From: Actinomycetota bacterium
Lineage (GTDB): Bacteria > Actinomycetota > Actinomycetes > S36-B12
DNA: 57,268 nucleotides
Direction: 5' to 3'
Assembly: GCA_947472655.1 (NCBI GenBank)
Contig: CANJCG010000001.1
Coordinates: 1 to 57,268, forward strand
Shown in pieces: positions 30,111 through 40,591 of this stretch (position 1 is the first letter of the stretch; every line of letters starts with the position of its first letter). The notes under the pieces are model-generated. The model made no database searches. It was not told the origin of the DNA and saw only the letters and a program-made list of their open reading frames with translations. The translations under genes were made by a program, and so were the position numbers.

Positions 30111-30902
30111 CTAGCCTGCCATGGGTGCGCTGTGAGTTCGGGTGAAGGTCAAAGCTTCGGCGAGGTCTGCCGCTCGCTCCTGACGCGTTTGAGCCGACCG
30201 GGTGTTGACTTCCACAATCAGATTGCCGCTGAATCCGACGCCAGCCAAGTGAGCAAGCACCTGTGCAACTGGCTGAGTCCCTCGCCCCGGAATCAGATGC
30301 TCATCCTTTGCCGTGTCTCGCCCATCGGCCAAGTGCATGTGAGCTACCCGGTTTCCAAGACTGCGTACCAAATCAAGCGCGTCGGTCTGAGAGACGGATG
30401 TATGCGAGAGATCCACCGTGGTGTTGGCGTATTCCTCGTCTCGGATATCCCAGCTTGGGGCGTAAGCCGTGATCTCCTGTGACAGCGCCCGCCACGGAAA
30501 CATGTTTTCAACCGCAAAGACGATGTCCGTCTCATCATCCATTCGGGCAAGACCAGTGACGAATTCTTGGGCATAACTTCTTTGCCACCGAAAAGGAGGA
30601 TGCACCACAACCGTGCGAGCGCCAAGTGCTTCTGCTGTGACCTGCGCGCGCTGAAGCTTTCCCCAGGGGTCAGAGCCCCAAACCCGCTGAGTCACGAGCA
30701 AACACGGTGAATGAATGGATAAGACCGGGACTTGGTACTCCTGGACGAGTTCGTTGAGGAGGTACGAATCTTGACTGGCCGCATCCGTGCCGACCATCAC
30801 TTCTACCCCGTCGTATCCGAGTTCGGCAGCGATAGCGAAAGCAGCTTCTGTGGATTCAGGGAATACCGACGAAGTTGAAAGTCCGACCAGCGGAGCTGTC
30901 AT
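30111..30902 (-). CDS. Sugar phosphate isomerase/epimerase (xylose isomerase-like TIM barrel)
   Basis: About 263 aa from the ATG at 30902, which forms an ATGA overlap with the ATPase stop. TIM-barrel family pattern (YDGVEVM..., AVENMFP, HMHLADG). Confidence 0.8.
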   Translation of the reverse strand: MTAPLVGLSTSSVFPESTEAAFAIAAELGYDGVEVMVGTDAASQDSYLLNELVQEYQVPVLSIHSPCLLVTQRVWGSDPWGKLQRAQVTAEALGARTVVVHPPFRWQRSYAQEFVTGLARMDDETDIVFAVENMFPWRALSQEITAYAPSWDIRDEEYANTTVDLSHTSVSQTDALDLVRSLGNRVAHMHLADGRDTAKDEHLIPGRGTQPVAQVLAHLAGVGFSGNLIVEVNTRSAQTRQERAADLAEALTFTRTHSAPMAG

Positions 30903-33223
30903 GGTGCCCGACGCCACCGATCTGTGATTTTCGTTGCGATGCCCACCAAAATTGCGCCGATCACCCCAACTACAACAGCGACAGCTGAGTAGCGTTCGGG
31001 TGAAAGTGAAAGAGCAAAGAATTTCGATAGCCAAGGAATGAATAAAACTGCTACAAAAGCAACAATCATTGTGGCGACGAGGGCAAGTCGAATGAAATTG
31101 AGTGGCCGAGCACTTTGGGTGAGTACTGCCATGGCAACAATGAACAAAGTGACGGTTGCTGCCGATTGCGCACTACTCACTGGCTCACCGACCCCAAGTG
31201 CTGCCCCATAACTAGTGAAGGCCGCGATAGCGCAGATGGTTCCGGCTGGCGCTGTAAACAGCAATACCCGCTTAAAGAAACCAGGACGAAAACGCTCGGT
31301 GTTTGGCATCAGAGCAAGAAAGAATCCCGGGATGCCGATGGTGAGTGCGCCAATCAAGGTGAGATGCCTTGGTAAGAATGGAAATTCCACAGCAAAGATG
31401 CCAGTCGCGATTGAAATCAGTATCGCGTAAAAGGACTTCGTCAGGAAAACATCGGAAACTCGTTCAATGTTGCCGAGCACTCGACGGCCTTCAGCTACCA
31501 CACCTGGCATAACCGACCACTTGTTATCAAGTAAGACCAATTGGGCTACGGCTCGAGTTGCAGCAGACCCCGAACCCATCGAAATACCAAGATCTGCCGA
31601 CTTCAACGCCAGCACATCGTTGACACCATCGCCTGTCATAGCAACGGTTAATCCTTGAAGATGCAACGCATCCACCATCGCTTGCTTTTGTGCAGGTGTG
31701 ACGCGGCCAAATACCGAGGAGCGCATCACTGCAGCGCTCAACTCAGCGGGGTCACTGGGCAACGTGCGTGCATCCACGGGTGCATCAGCCCCAGGAACGC
31801 CAGCCAGCGTCGCGATGGCCCCAACGGTGACTGCGTTGTCACCTGAGATCACTTTGATGTTGACCCCCTGATCAAGGAAGTACTGCACTGTCTCGGCGGC
31901 ATCTGAGCGCAGCCGTTGATCGATCAGAACCAACCCAAAAATTTCCAGTCCACTCACGGGTAGATCCGCATTCATTTCGGTTTCAGCTTTGCCAACCGCA
32001 AGCACTCGCGAGCCGTCAGTGGCAAGTTGTTCTGCTTGAGCCAGCGCAGGATGGCCGGAATCAATAATCATTTCTGGTGCGCCGAGGACCCAGGTTCCGC
32101 GATCAGCGAAGGTCGCACCTGACCATTTGCGTGCACTAGAAAATGGAACGCTTGAAATCACTGTCCACGTTGAGGTGGGATATGAATCAGCGACTGCTGC
32201 AAGTGTGGGGTTCGGTATTGATTCAACGGTTGCCAAAGCACCGAGAACTTCTTGAAGCTCTTCAACTGAACCCTGCAAGGTGACGAGTTCACGAACGTGC
32301 ATTCCGGGCTCAGTGAGTGTTCCGGTTTTGTCAACACAAATGGTGTCGACACGAGCCAATACTTCAACAGCAGGCATGTCTTGAACGAGCACTTTCTTTG
32401 CCGAAAGCCGTATGACTGACACCGCCATCGCGATGCTGGTGAGTAGCACTAAACCTTCGGGAACCATCGTGACCATGCCCGCGATCGTGCCGCGAATGGC
32501 ATCTGGCCACGAGGCATCAGCGCGCACAACTTGCGAGTAGAGCAACAAGGCGCCGACCGGCAACAGCAGGAAGGAAACTGCGCGAATAAAACCGTTGATG
32601 GCATCACGCAATTCCGAATTAGTGAGGTGGAACTTCTTGGCCTGTTCGGTTAAACCAGCCGCAAACGAATCACGGCCAACGCGTGTTGCCTGCATAAGCC
32701 CACTGCCCGCAACAACAAATGATCCTGACATTCCTTCATCATTGTGCACTTTGTCAACAGAATCTGCCTCACCTGTGAGCAAACTTTCATCGATTTCTAA
32801 ACCTTGTGATTCCACGATCACACCATCGACAACAAGTTGATCACCCGCTGAAAGCAAAATGAAATCACCAAGAACAACTTCACTTGCATCTATCTCTACA
32901 TCGATGCCGTCACGCCGAACGATTGGCCGTGCGGCACCAAGCACCGACAAACGTTCCAGAGCCCGGGCCGCGCGATATTCCTGAACAATTCCAATAGCGG
33001 TGTTGGCGACGATCGCAAATCCAAATAGGGAATCCTGAAATGGCGCAACGATCCACATGACGACCCACATCGAGCCAATAACGAAGTTGAAACGTGTGAG
33101 TGTGTTGGCTTTAACGATGTCGGCCAGACTGCGACTCGTTGCTGACGGTGCAATATTGACCTGGCCTGCAGCGATTCTTGTCGCAACTTCCGATGAAGTT
33201 AGCCCTGGCTGCAGTTGCGTCAT
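30899..33223 (-). CDS. Cation-translocating P-type ATPase (P2-like, PEGL type)
   Basis: Phosphorylation site [13 protein letters not shown] motif (MVPEGLVLL), hinge [13 protein letters not shown], and about 10 TM helices. I placed the start at the ATG at 33223, which forms an ATGA overlap with the ppx stop. Confidence 0.93.
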   Translation of the reverse strand: MTQLQPGLTSSEVATRIAAGQVNIAPSATSRSLADIVKANTLTRFNFVIGSMWVVMWIVAPFQDSLFGFAIVANTAIGIVQEYRAARALERLSVLGAARPIVRRDGIDVEIDASEVVLGDFILLSAGDQLVVDGVIVESQGLEIDESLLTGEADSVDKVHNDEGMSGSFVVAGSGLMQATRVGRDSFAAGLTEQAKKFHLTNSELRDAINGFIRAVSFLLLPVGALLLYSQVVRADASWPDAIRGTIAGMVTMVPEGLVLLTSIAMAVSVIRLSAKKVLVQDMPAVEVLARVDTICVDKTGTLTEPGMHVRELVTLQGSVEELQEVLGALATVESIPNPTLAAVADSYPTSTWTVISSVPFSSARKWSGATFADRGTWVLGAPEMIIDSGHPALAQAEQLATDGSRVLAVGKAETEMNADLPVSGLEIFGLVLIDQRLRSDAAETVQYFLDQGVNIKVISGDNAVTVGAIATLAGVPGADAPVDARTLPSDPAELSAAVMRSSVFGRVTPAQKQAMVDALHLQGLTVAMTGDGVNDVLALKSADLGISMGSGSAATRAVAQLVLLDNKWSVMPGVVAEGRRVLGNIERVSDVFLTKSFYAILISIATGIFAVEFPFLPRHLTLIGALTIGIPGFFLALMPNTERFRPGFFKRVLLFTAPAGTICAIAAFTSYGAALGVGEPVSSAQSAATVTLFIVAMAVLTQSARPLNFIRLALVATMIVAFVAVLFIPWLSKFFALSLSPERYSAVAVVVGVIGAILVGIATKITDRWRRAP

Positions 33224-34149
33224 GTCGGCAGTCCATCCATTCGATGTAAAATCACGCCTTCTCGAAGCGCCCAAGGACAAATTGAGACTTCGTCGATACC
33301 AAGCAGTTCCATCGCGGCTTCGGCAACAATTGCTCCTGCGAGCAATTGCTCAGCTCGACCTTCAGATACTCCTGGAATCAAAGCGCGCTCAGCCACGGGA
33401 AGAACAGCGAGCTCGTTGACCAGTCTCTTCACTGAAGTCAAAGTCAGTTCCCTGTCAACGAACAAGCCCTCACTTGAAGATGGCGCACCTGCGATGCGTG
33501 CGAGTTGCTTAAGAGTTTTGGATGAACCCACTGCGATTCGCGGCACTCCGCCGCGATGCATCTTTCCTACGACACTGGCAATCGAAGCGCGCACGTGCTT
33601 ACGCAGTTTGCGTAATTCATCTGGCGTTGGCGGATCGTTGTGGAAATACTCCCGGGTGAGTCGGCCCGCTCCTAACGGCAAGGAGACCGCAACATCCGGT
33701 TCTTCGTCAACGCCAGAGGCTAGTTCCAAGGATCCACCGCCGATGTCAACCACGAGCAAACGACCAGCAGACCAGCCAAACCAGCGCCGCACTGCCAAGA
33801 ATGTCATTCGTGCCTCGTCTTCGCCGGAGAGCACTTCAACCTGTATGCCGGTTTCATCCATTACGCGATTGAGCACATTGACGCCATTGCCCGCGTCTCT
33901 AATAGCACTCGTCGCAAAGGCCATCAGCTCGCTGACCCCGAGGTCTTCAGCCAAGCTCTGAGATTTGCGGATGAATTCAAGCAGCGTCTCAACGGCCTCG
34001 TCGTCGACATTGCCTTCGGGCGTGAGATGTTCGGCAAGACGTAATGGAATCTTGAGTTTGGAGGCTGGGATTGGTGCTGCCCCGTAATGGGCGTCGACAA
34101 GCAAAAGATGGACCGTGTTGGAACCTATGTCGAGAACTCCCATGCGCAC
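33220..34149 (-). CDS. ppx: Ppx/GppA-family exopolyphosphatase / guanosine pentaphosphate phosphohydrolase
   Basis: 309 aa. ASKHA-fold motifs LDIGSNTVHLL and VVDIGGGSLEL. Confidence 0.88.
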   Translation of the reverse strand: MRMGVLDIGSNTVHLLLVDAHYGAAPIPASKLKIPLRLAEHLTPEGNVDDEAVETLLEFIRKSQSLAEDLGVSELMAFATSAIRDAGNGVNVLNRVMDETGIQVEVLSGEDEARMTFLAVRRWFGWSAGRLLVVDIGGGSLELASGVDEEPDVAVSLPLGAGRLTREYFHNDPPTPDELRKLRKHVRASIASVVGKMHRGGVPRIAVGSSKTLKQLARIAGAPSSSEGLFVDRELTLTSVKRLVNELAVLPVAERALIPGVSEGRAEQLLAGAIVAEAAMELLGIDEVSICPWALREGVILHRMDGLPT

Positions 34150-34230
34150 ATGCCAACGGTACTCAAATTCATCTGCCAGCCCATACCCGCCTCGCTATTC
34201 CTTCCCCCGGTGTTCGCATAGAGTGTCGCC

Positions 34231-34983
34231 ATGGCTGAAGTGATGTTGGACTTTCCTCGACAGTGGTTTGAGTTCACTGATCCAGCCGATGAAGATCAAC
34301 GCATCCGTGCTGACCTCACCTGGCTGACATCTCGCTGGACCTGCATCTTTGGTCGCGGCTGTCCGGGTATCTATGCATCCTCACCTGAAGCTGGTTGCTG
34401 CACTCTGGGTGCGCACTTTTCTGACAAAGAAGACCGGCAACGCACTGAGAAATGGGTCGCTAAACTCGATGCAAGTCTCTGGCAAAACCATAAGACCGGC
34501 ACGAAAAAGGGCTGGATGGTTAAAGAAGAGGGCGAATGGAAGACCCGGGTAGTTCGCAAGGCTTGTATTTTTCATAACGACCCAGATTTTGCAGGTGGCT
34601 ACGGCTGCGCACTTCATCACCTTGCCGAACGTGAAGGGGTCTCGTTCGTTGAGACCAAGCCCGAGGTGTGTTGGCAAGTGCCTATGCGTCGCTCCTTTGA
34701 GAATGTCGAGCATCCCGATGAAACAGAGACAACCGTCGTGGTTCTCGGTGAATTCGATCGCGGTTCCTGGGGCCCTGGCGGGCATGATCTTGATTGGTAT
34801 TGCAGCTCCAACCCAGCTGCTCACATTGGTACTGAGCCGGTCTATATCAGCAGCAAGACCGAGATGGTTGCCCTGATTGGGGCACAGGCCTACGAAATCG
34901 TGGCCGAGGCATGCCGCAAACTCGAGCTCATGCGCACCACAAGTGGCTTAGACATCGCGCCACATCCAGCCGACCCGCACTAG
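34231..34983 (+). CDS. Conserved Cys-rich hypothetical protein
   Basis: 250-aa ORF with a protein-like composition. Cys pattern WTCIFGRGCPG-x11-GCCTLG plus further Cys and His residues (KACIFH, GYGCALHH). Divergent from ppx. I cannot name the family with confidence. Confidence 0.6.
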   Translation: MAEVMLDFPRQWFEFTDPADEDQRIRADLTWLTSRWTCIFGRGCPGIYASSPEAGCCTLGAHFSDKEDRQRTEKWVAKLDASLWQNHKTGTKKGWMVKEEGEWKTRVVRKACIFHNDPDFAGGYGCALHHLAEREGVSFVETKPEVCWQVPMRRSFENVEHPDETETTVVVLGEFDRGSWGPGGHDLDWYCSSNPAAHIGTEPVYISSKTEMVALIGAQAYEIVAEACRKLELMRTTSGLDIAPHPADPH

Positions 34984-35013
34984 ATCGTCAGCCCTGCCCG
35001 ATAGCGTCAACCC

Positions 35014-36390
35014 ATGGCCAAGGTCACCAGTTCATACAGTTGCACCGCATGTGGTGCCGCCACGATTCGGTGGGCCGGCAAGTGCCCACAATGCAATGCC
35101 TTCGGCACTATGGAATTGGACTCACCAACCGCCCAAGCCCCTGGCATGAAGAGCAACCTCTCGGGCAAAGTTCCCTTGCGGCCCGCACGCCCGGTTTCTT
35201 CTATTACAAAACTTGGACCAGTCCCACGCATCACCACTGGCATCGCAGAATTTGACCGAGTACTTGGCGGTGGGCTGGTTGCGGGCCAAATGTGTTTACT
35301 GAGCGGAGCTCCCGGGTCCGGCAAAAGCACCCTTGTTTTGGCCATCGCTGATTCCGTTGCCAAACGACTCAAGCGCCCGGTGCTGTACATCTCAGGCGAA
35401 GAATCAGTCGAGCAGATCGCTATTCGCGCCCAACGCATCGGAGCAACGAGTGAGTATCTGCTTCTTGCGGATGACACCGAACTTGGTGCAGCCATCGGCC
35501 ATATTGATGAACACTCACCAGACCTCGCGCTCGTCATTGTCGACTCGGTGCAAACAATGGCGTCTTCAGATATTGAAGGACGTGCCGGTGGCGTCACCCA
35601 AGTAATGGAAGTTGCGCAAGCACTGACACGCGTCGCAAAAACGCGAAATCTTCCAATTATTTTGATTGGCCAAGTGACGAAAGATTCAAATGTTGCTGGT
35701 CCTCGAGCCTTGGAACACATCGTTGATGCAACCTTGACGCTCGAAGGTGACGCACACACTTCCTTACGCTTGCTGAGATCAGTGAAAAACCGTTATGGAT
35801 CGCTAGAAGTTGCCGCCTTTGAACAGACAGACACCGGCATGGAAGAAGTTCTTGATCCGAGCATGCTCTTTCGTGGACATCGCGATACGCCTGTTGCCGG
35901 AACATGTATTACCGTAACTGTTGAAGGAAATCGCGCACTCACCGCTGAAGTTCAAGCACTCGTTGCACCTACAACCAACCCCAATCCACGCCGTGGAGTC
36001 TCCGGTCTAGATAGTTCTCGCATGGCAATGCTCATTGCAGTTTCAGAACGCGCCGCATCACTAAAACTTTTCGACAAAGACGTATTCTTGGCAACAATCG
36101 GTGGTATTCGCCTTTCTGATCCCGGAAGCGATTTGGCTGTCTGCCTTGCTGTTGTATCGGCAAGCCAAGATGCACCTATTGCGCTTAATGTCGCAGCAAT
36201 TGGCGAGGTCACCCTGTCTGGCGATGTTCGTCCCGTGCCACATATGACCGAACGAGTCAGTGAAGCTGCGCGCTTAGGTTTTAGTCGCCTACTTGTTCCG
36301 GTTGGGACCAAAGCGCGCGTACGAGATAAGGCGATGGAGCTTGTAGAAGTTCCGACTCTGGCACAGGCAATCGCAGCTATGCGGCGTTAG
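35014..36390 (+). CDS. radA: DNA repair protein RadA
   Basis: 458 aa. N-terminal zinc finger CTACG...CPQCNAF, Walker A GAPGSGKST, a KNRYG variant of the KNRFG motif, and a Lon-like C-terminal domain. Confidence 0.95.
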   Translation: MAKVTSSYSCTACGAATIRWAGKCPQCNAFGTMELDSPTAQAPGMKSNLSGKVPLRPARPVSSITKLGPVPRITTGIAEFDRVLGGGLVAGQMCLLSGAPGSGKSTLVLAIADSVAKRLKRPVLYISGEESVEQIAIRAQRIGATSEYLLLADDTELGAAIGHIDEHSPDLALVIVDSVQTMASSDIEGRAGGVTQVMEVAQALTRVAKTRNLPIILIGQVTKDSNVAGPRALEHIVDATLTLEGDAHTSLRLLRSVKNRYGSLEVAAFEQTDTGMEEVLDPSMLFRGHRDTPVAGTCITVTVEGNRALTAEVQALVAPTTNPNPRRGVSGLDSSRMAMLIAVSERAASLKLFDKDVFLATIGGIRLSDPGSDLAVCLAVVSASQDAPIALNVAAIGEVTLSGDVRPVPHMTERVSEAARLGFSRLLVPVGTKARVRDKAMELVEVPTLAQAIAAMRR

Positions 36391-37019
36391 CGCTTTGACG
36401 TGATGGCGAACGGAGTCTGCACGCTTTTCACAGTTTCGTTGCTGCCAATAAGTTCATAACTACCAGCTTTCGCAAATACACCTTGTTTGTTGCAATTCTG
36501 CGGTGACTGGCGGCCATCCCATGTGATGCTCGATGCCAAGCGCTCTCCGGCCTGCAGCACGCTTTCCTTAGTCGCGATGCTGGCATTGCAATCATCACTT
36601 GACCACACTGGATAACCACCTGAGGTGATGGTGAGTGCATTGGCTTTGGGCCCAACATCCCGGGTACATGCAAAAGTGCCAATATTTTGAATAGTCAAGG
36701 TCAATCTTGGCGTTGAACCAACCAGATACGTCGAGGAATCCGTCGTTGCCGTAACCGCAATGCTGGCATCTGGGCAAAGACCTGTGGGATCGGGAACAGC
36801 CGTGACTACACCTGCACTGGCAGTGGGCGTTGGGGCGATCGTCCCAGCCGCACTGGCACTACTAGAGGTAACAGGGGTTGGTGAAGGCGTTGGAGCAGGA
36901 TCTGACCCGCCAGCCAACATCCACCAAAGACCGATGACCACCGTGAGCGATACCAATAAGACCGCTCCGCGGCGCACCCAATACACCGTTGGGGCTTCCG
37001 GGCCTCTTGGGGACATCAT
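36387..37019 (-). CDS. Membrane-anchored secreted-domain protein (DUF4232-like)
   Basis: One N-terminal TM helix, a Pro/Thr/Ser/Ala linker, then a beta-rich domain with four Cys (LTLTIQNIGTFACTRDVGPKA pattern). Occupies the position of a conserved membrane protein between radA/disA and mutY in mycobacteria. Start at the ATG at 37019 or 37058. Confidence 0.6.
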   Translation of the reverse strand: MMSPRGPEAPTVYWVRRGAVLLVSLTVVIGLWWMLAGGSDPAPTPSPTPVTSSSASAAGTIAPTPTASAGVVTAVPDPTGLCPDASIAVTATTDSSTYLVGSTPRLTLTIQNIGTFACTRDVGPKANALTITSGGYPVWSSDDCNASIATKESVLQAGERLASSITWDGRQSPQNCNKQGVFAKAGSYELIGSNETVKSVQTPFAITSKR

Positions 37020-37076
37020 CGCGCTCACACAGGCCACGGTAGTGCCATAAGCGCCCACTCATGCGACGATCCCTTC

Positions 37077-37946
37077 GTGGCGCATAAAGACGATCCAGTC
37101 ACAGTTGTTGTGGCGTGGTTTGCCGACAATAAACGCGAGCTGCCTTGGCGCGATCCCGAGGTCACCGCCTGGGGCATTTTGGTCAGCGAATTCATGCTGC
37201 AACAAACACAAGTCGACCGGGTGGCGCCCAAATGGCTGACATGGATGCAACGTTGGCCAACCGCCGATGCCCTGTCACGCGCACCACTTGGTGATGTTCT
37301 TCGCGCCTGGCAAGGGTTGGGATATCCCCGACGCGCAATGCGATTGCACGCCACTGCTCAGCGCATTGTTTCGGAGTTTGCCGGCACGGTTCCCTCAACA
37401 CAGGCAGAATTACTCAGCCTTCCAGGCGTTGGCCATTACACCGCCGCTGCGATTGCTGCGTTTGCCTTTCATCAGCCCACAGTGGTGCTCGATACCAATA
37501 TCCGTCGGGTGATTGCGAGAGCTTGGTCTGCGCAAGCAATGCCATCTGCTCATCTAACCAAATCCGAAGAGTCCTTTGCTGCGCAGTTAGTTCCCCAGCG
37601 AGATGGAGCGCAATGGTCGGCAGCTGTTATGGAACTGGGAGCCCTCATTTGCACTGCGCGCAACCCTCTATGCAGTCAGTGCCCGCTTCAAAACTCGTGC
37701 GCTTGGCTTGTGGCAGGACAACCGGACAACGCACCCGTGCGACGTAAACAACCAACCTTCGCTGGCAGCGACCGTCAAGCCCGCGGAGTTCTGTTACGCA
37801 CAGTGAGTGAGGCACCCCTTGCTAGTGAAAGTGCGATAGAAGCAGTTTGGGCTGATGCATTGCAGCGTGAAAAAGCGATGACGAGCCTCATCAACGATGG
37901 GCTCGTCATTCGCGTGAATCAGGGTTACTGCCTTCCAGACAGTTAG
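37077..37946 (+). CDS. mutY: A/G-specific adenine DNA glycosylase
   Basis: 289 aa. HhH-GPD region (LLSLPGVGHYTAAAIAAFAF) and a 4Fe-4S loop CTARNPLCSQCPLQNSC. GTG start. Confidence 0.88.
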   Translation: MAHKDDPVTVVVAWFADNKRELPWRDPEVTAWGILVSEFMLQQTQVDRVAPKWLTWMQRWPTADALSRAPLGDVLRAWQGLGYPRRAMRLHATAQRIVSEFAGTVPSTQAELLSLPGVGHYTAAAIAAFAFHQPTVVLDTNIRRVIARAWSAQAMPSAHLTKSEESFAAQLVPQRDGAQWSAAVMELGALICTARNPLCSQCPLQNSCAWLVAGQPDNAPVRRKQPTFAGSDRQARGVLLRTVSEAPLASESAIEAVWADALQREKAMTSLINDGLVIRVNQGYCLPDS

Positions 37947-40432
37947 CCAACCGTTTCGACTGGTGGCGTATCAGGCAGCACCGCGCGAGGCGTTGCATTG
38001 AAGGTGAATTCACGTTCGGTGTCTTCGCCTTCCACATCAACAACCACGATGTGACCTGCCTTGAGGTCTCCAAAGAGCATTTTCTCGCTCAATGGGTCTT
38101 CAATGTCGCGTTGAATTGTGCGACGCAACGGACGCGCACCAAGTTGTGAGTCATACCCTCGTTCTGCCAATAGATCCTTGGCAGCTGTGGTCAACTCGAT
38201 ATCGATATCGCGATCAGCCAAACGCTTTTCCAAGTTCGCAATCATAAGATCAACAATCTCAATAATTTCGTTCTTGGTGAGCTGGTGGAAGACGATGACA
38301 TCATCGATGCGGTTCAGGAATTCGGGACGGAAGTGTGACTTCAGTTCCTGATTGACTTTCGCCTTCATCCGCTCATATGCCGTCTCGTCTTCATTCTCAG
38401 CAACGAAACCGAGCATGACACCCTGCGACACTTCACGACTACCAAGGTTGGTCGTCATAATGATCACGGTGTTCTTGAAGTCGACTGCGCGACCTTGAGC
38501 ATCAGTTAATCGACCTTCTTCAAGAACCTGAAGCAGTGAATTGAAGATGTCCGGGTGTGCTTTTTCAACTTCGTCGAAGAGCACAACTGAGAACGGCTTG
38601 CGACGCACCTTTTCAGTGAGTTGGCCACCTTCTTCATAACCAACATAGCCCGGAGGCGAACCAAAGAGACGTGAAGCGGTGTGACGCTCGGAATACTCAC
38701 TCATATCAAGAGCGATCAAGGCGTCTTCGTTTCCGAAGAGGAACTCGGCCAAGGTCTTGCTGAGTTCGGTTTTACCTACACCTGAAGGCCCGGCGAAAAT
38801 AAATGAGCCGGACGGACGCTTTGGATCTTTCAACCCCGCGCGAGTACGACGAATCGACTTCGACAGCGCTTTAATTGCCTGCTCTTGGCCAATGACCCGC
38901 TTGTGCAGTTCCTCTTCCATGCGCAGCAAGCGTGCAATGTCGTCTTCGGTGAGATCCGTGACCGGGATGCCAGTCATTAATGCAAGCACTTCACCAATCA
39001 GGCGCTCATCAACTTCAGCAACGACATCTAGGTCGCCGGCTTTCCATTCTTTTTCGCGCTGAGCCTTGTCGGCGATGAGGTTCTTCTCATCGTCGCGAAG
39101 TGATGCAGCTTTTTCGAAATCCTGGGAATCAATTGCTGATTCTTTTTCGCGACGCACGACAGCAATACGGTCGTCGAACTCGCGCAAGTCTGGCGGCGCA
39201 GTCATCCGACGGATGCGCAAACGTGAGCCCGCTTCGTCAATCAGGTCAATGGCCTTATCTGGCAACTGGCGATCTGAGATGTATCGATCAGAAAGTCGAG
39301 CTGCCGCATCGAGGGCTCCATCAGTGATCGAAACCCGGTGATGGGCTTCGTAACGATCACGCAAACCTTTAAGAATCTCGATCGTGTGCGCAACATCTGG
39401 CGCTTCAACCTGAATAGGTGCGAAACGGCGCTCAAGTGCCGCGTCCTTTTCAATGTGCTTGCGGTACTCGTCAAGCGTTGTTGCACCAATGGTCTGCAAT
39501 TCTCCGCGGGCAAGCATCGGCTTCAAAATGCTCGCCGCATCAATCGCGCCTTCCGCTGCGCCAGCGCCCACAAGCGTGTGAATTTCATCGATGAACAACA
39601 CGATGTCGCCACGAGTACGGATTTCTTTGAGAACTTTCTTGAGCCGCTCTTCGAAGTCGCCACGGTAACGGCTACCTGCGACAAGAGCCCCAAGATCGAG
39701 CGTGTAAATCTGCTTGTCTTTCAACGTTTCTGGCACTTCACCCTTAACAATGTTCTGGGCAAGGCCTTCGACAACTGCCGTCTTACCAACGCCAGGCTCA
39801 CCGATTAACACTGGGTTGTTCTTAGTGCGACGCGAAAGAACCTGCATCACGCGCTCTATTTCTTTCTCACGACCAATCACTGGGTCGAGCTTGCCTTCGC
39901 GTGCTGCCACGGTGAGGTTGCGACCGAACTGATCAAGAACAAGTGACGTTGAAGCCGTGCCCTCAGCCGGACCAGCTGCTGCTGGTTCCTTACCTTGGTA
40001 GCCACTGAGTAACTGAATAACCTGTTGACGCACACGGTTCAGGTCAGCACCCAACTTCACTAGTACCTGCGCCGCTACGCCTTCACCCTCTCGGATCAAG
40101 CCAAGCAAGATGTGCTCGGTGCCAATGTAATTGTGGCCCAACTGCAGCGCTTCACGAAGTGAAAGTTCTAATACCTTCTTGGCACGCGGCGTAAACGGAA
40201 TGTGGCCACTTGGCGCCTGCTGGCCTTGCCCGATGATCTCTTCAACCTGACTACGAACCGCTTCAAGGGAAATCCCGAGCGATTCAAGGGCCTTGGCCGC
40301 AACGCCTTCGCCTTCATGAATCAAGCCAAGCAAGATGTGCTCGGTACCGATGTAATTGTGGTTGAGCATGCGCGCCTCTTCTTGCGCCAGTACTACTACC
40401 CGTCGTGCTCTGTCGGTAAACCGTTCAAACAT
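37943..40432 (-). CDS. clpC: ATP-dependent Clp protease ATP-binding subunit ClpC
   Basis: Begins [21 protein letters not shown]. Duplicated Clp_N repeats, two AAA+ modules ([16 protein letters not shown]) and a UVR-like middle region. I chose the start at the ATG at 40432. Confidence 0.97.
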   Translation of the reverse strand: MFERFTDRARRVVVLAQEEARMLNHNYIGTEHILLGLIHEGEGVAAKALESLGISLEAVRSQVEEIIGQGQQAPSGHIPFTPRAKKVLELSLREALQLGHNYIGTEHILLGLIREGEGVAAQVLVKLGADLNRVRQQVIQLLSGYQGKEPAAAGPAEGTASTSLVLDQFGRNLTVAAREGKLDPVIGREKEIERVMQVLSRRTKNNPVLIGEPGVGKTAVVEGLAQNIVKGEVPETLKDKQIYTLDLGALVAGSRYRGDFEERLKKVLKEIRTRGDIVLFIDEIHTLVGAGAAEGAIDAASILKPMLARGELQTIGATTLDEYRKHIEKDAALERRFAPIQVEAPDVAHTIEILKGLRDRYEAHHRVSITDGALDAAARLSDRYISDRQLPDKAIDLIDEAGSRLRIRRMTAPPDLREFDDRIAVVRREKESAIDSQDFEKAASLRDDEKNLIADKAQREKEWKAGDLDVVAEVDERLIGEVLALMTGIPVTDLTEDDIARLLRMEEELHKRVIGQEQAIKALSKSIRRTRAGLKDPKRPSGSFIFAGPSGVGKTELSKTLAEFLFGNEDALIALDMSEYSERHTASRLFGSPPGYVGYEEGGQLTEKVRRKPFSVVLFDEVEKAHPDIFNSLLQVLEEGRLTDAQGRAVDFKNTVIIMTTNLGSREVSQGVMLGFVAENEDETAYERMKAKVNQELKSHFRPEFLNRIDDVIVFHQLTKNEIIEIVDLMIANLEKRLADRDIDIELTTAAKDLLAERGYDSQLGARPLRRTIQRDIEDPLSEKMLFGDLKAGHIVVVDVEGEDTEREFTFNATPRAVLPDTPPVETVG
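40095..40361. repeat. Intragenic 42-nt direct repeat (40/42 identical) inside clpC
   Basis: 40095-40136 (atcaagccaagcaagatgtgctcggtgccaatgtaattgtgg) versus 40320-40361 (atcaagccaagcaagatgtgctcggtaccgatgtaattgtgg). These encode the two Clp_N repeat cores, [13 protein letters not shown]. Confidence 0.9.
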
Positions 40433-40574
40433 CGGCCGCACCCTTCTTTGTCGGACTATCTGCTCGAGCGTCCGTAATACCCCACAAGCCTAACCCTGCG
40501 GCTCGTAGAACACGGCATCAAAGACGCTTGTACTAAGACAACCACGACTTGGGCCAGAACCTTCCCGATCAGGT

Positions 40575-40591
40575 GTACGCCTGCCGCGAAC
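40575..40591 (-). promoter_or_regulatory. ClgR-type operator candidate in the clpC leader
   Basis: The minus strand reads GTTCGCGGCAGGCGTAC, which fits the Streptomyces ClgR motif as I remember it (GTTCGC-N5-GCG) with an imperfect palindromic right arm. It lies about 143 nt upstream of the clpC start. Confidence 0.3.

Noticed and set aside
35007-35759. Long antisense ORFs opposite well-supported genes. Examples are 35007-35759 (250 aa, opposite radA), 33215-33961 (248 aa, opposite ppx), 12677-13453 (258 aa, opposite menD), 1022-1654 (210 aa, opposite nuoI), 29982-30482, 22398-22889 and 39338-39808.
   Set aside because: The translations are Ser/Arg/Ala/Pro-rich and low in complexity, with no recognisable motifs. 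The opposite strand encodes proteins with clear family signatures. These are typical shadow ORFs of moderately GC-rich DNA.
40095-40361. 42-nt near-perfect direct repeat, considered as a possible mobile or regulatory repeat.
   Set aside because: Both copies lie in frame inside clpC and encode the duplicated Clp_N repeat core ([13 protein letters not shown]). The known internal domain duplication explains it. Only the unusually high nucleotide identity (40/42) is mildly notable.
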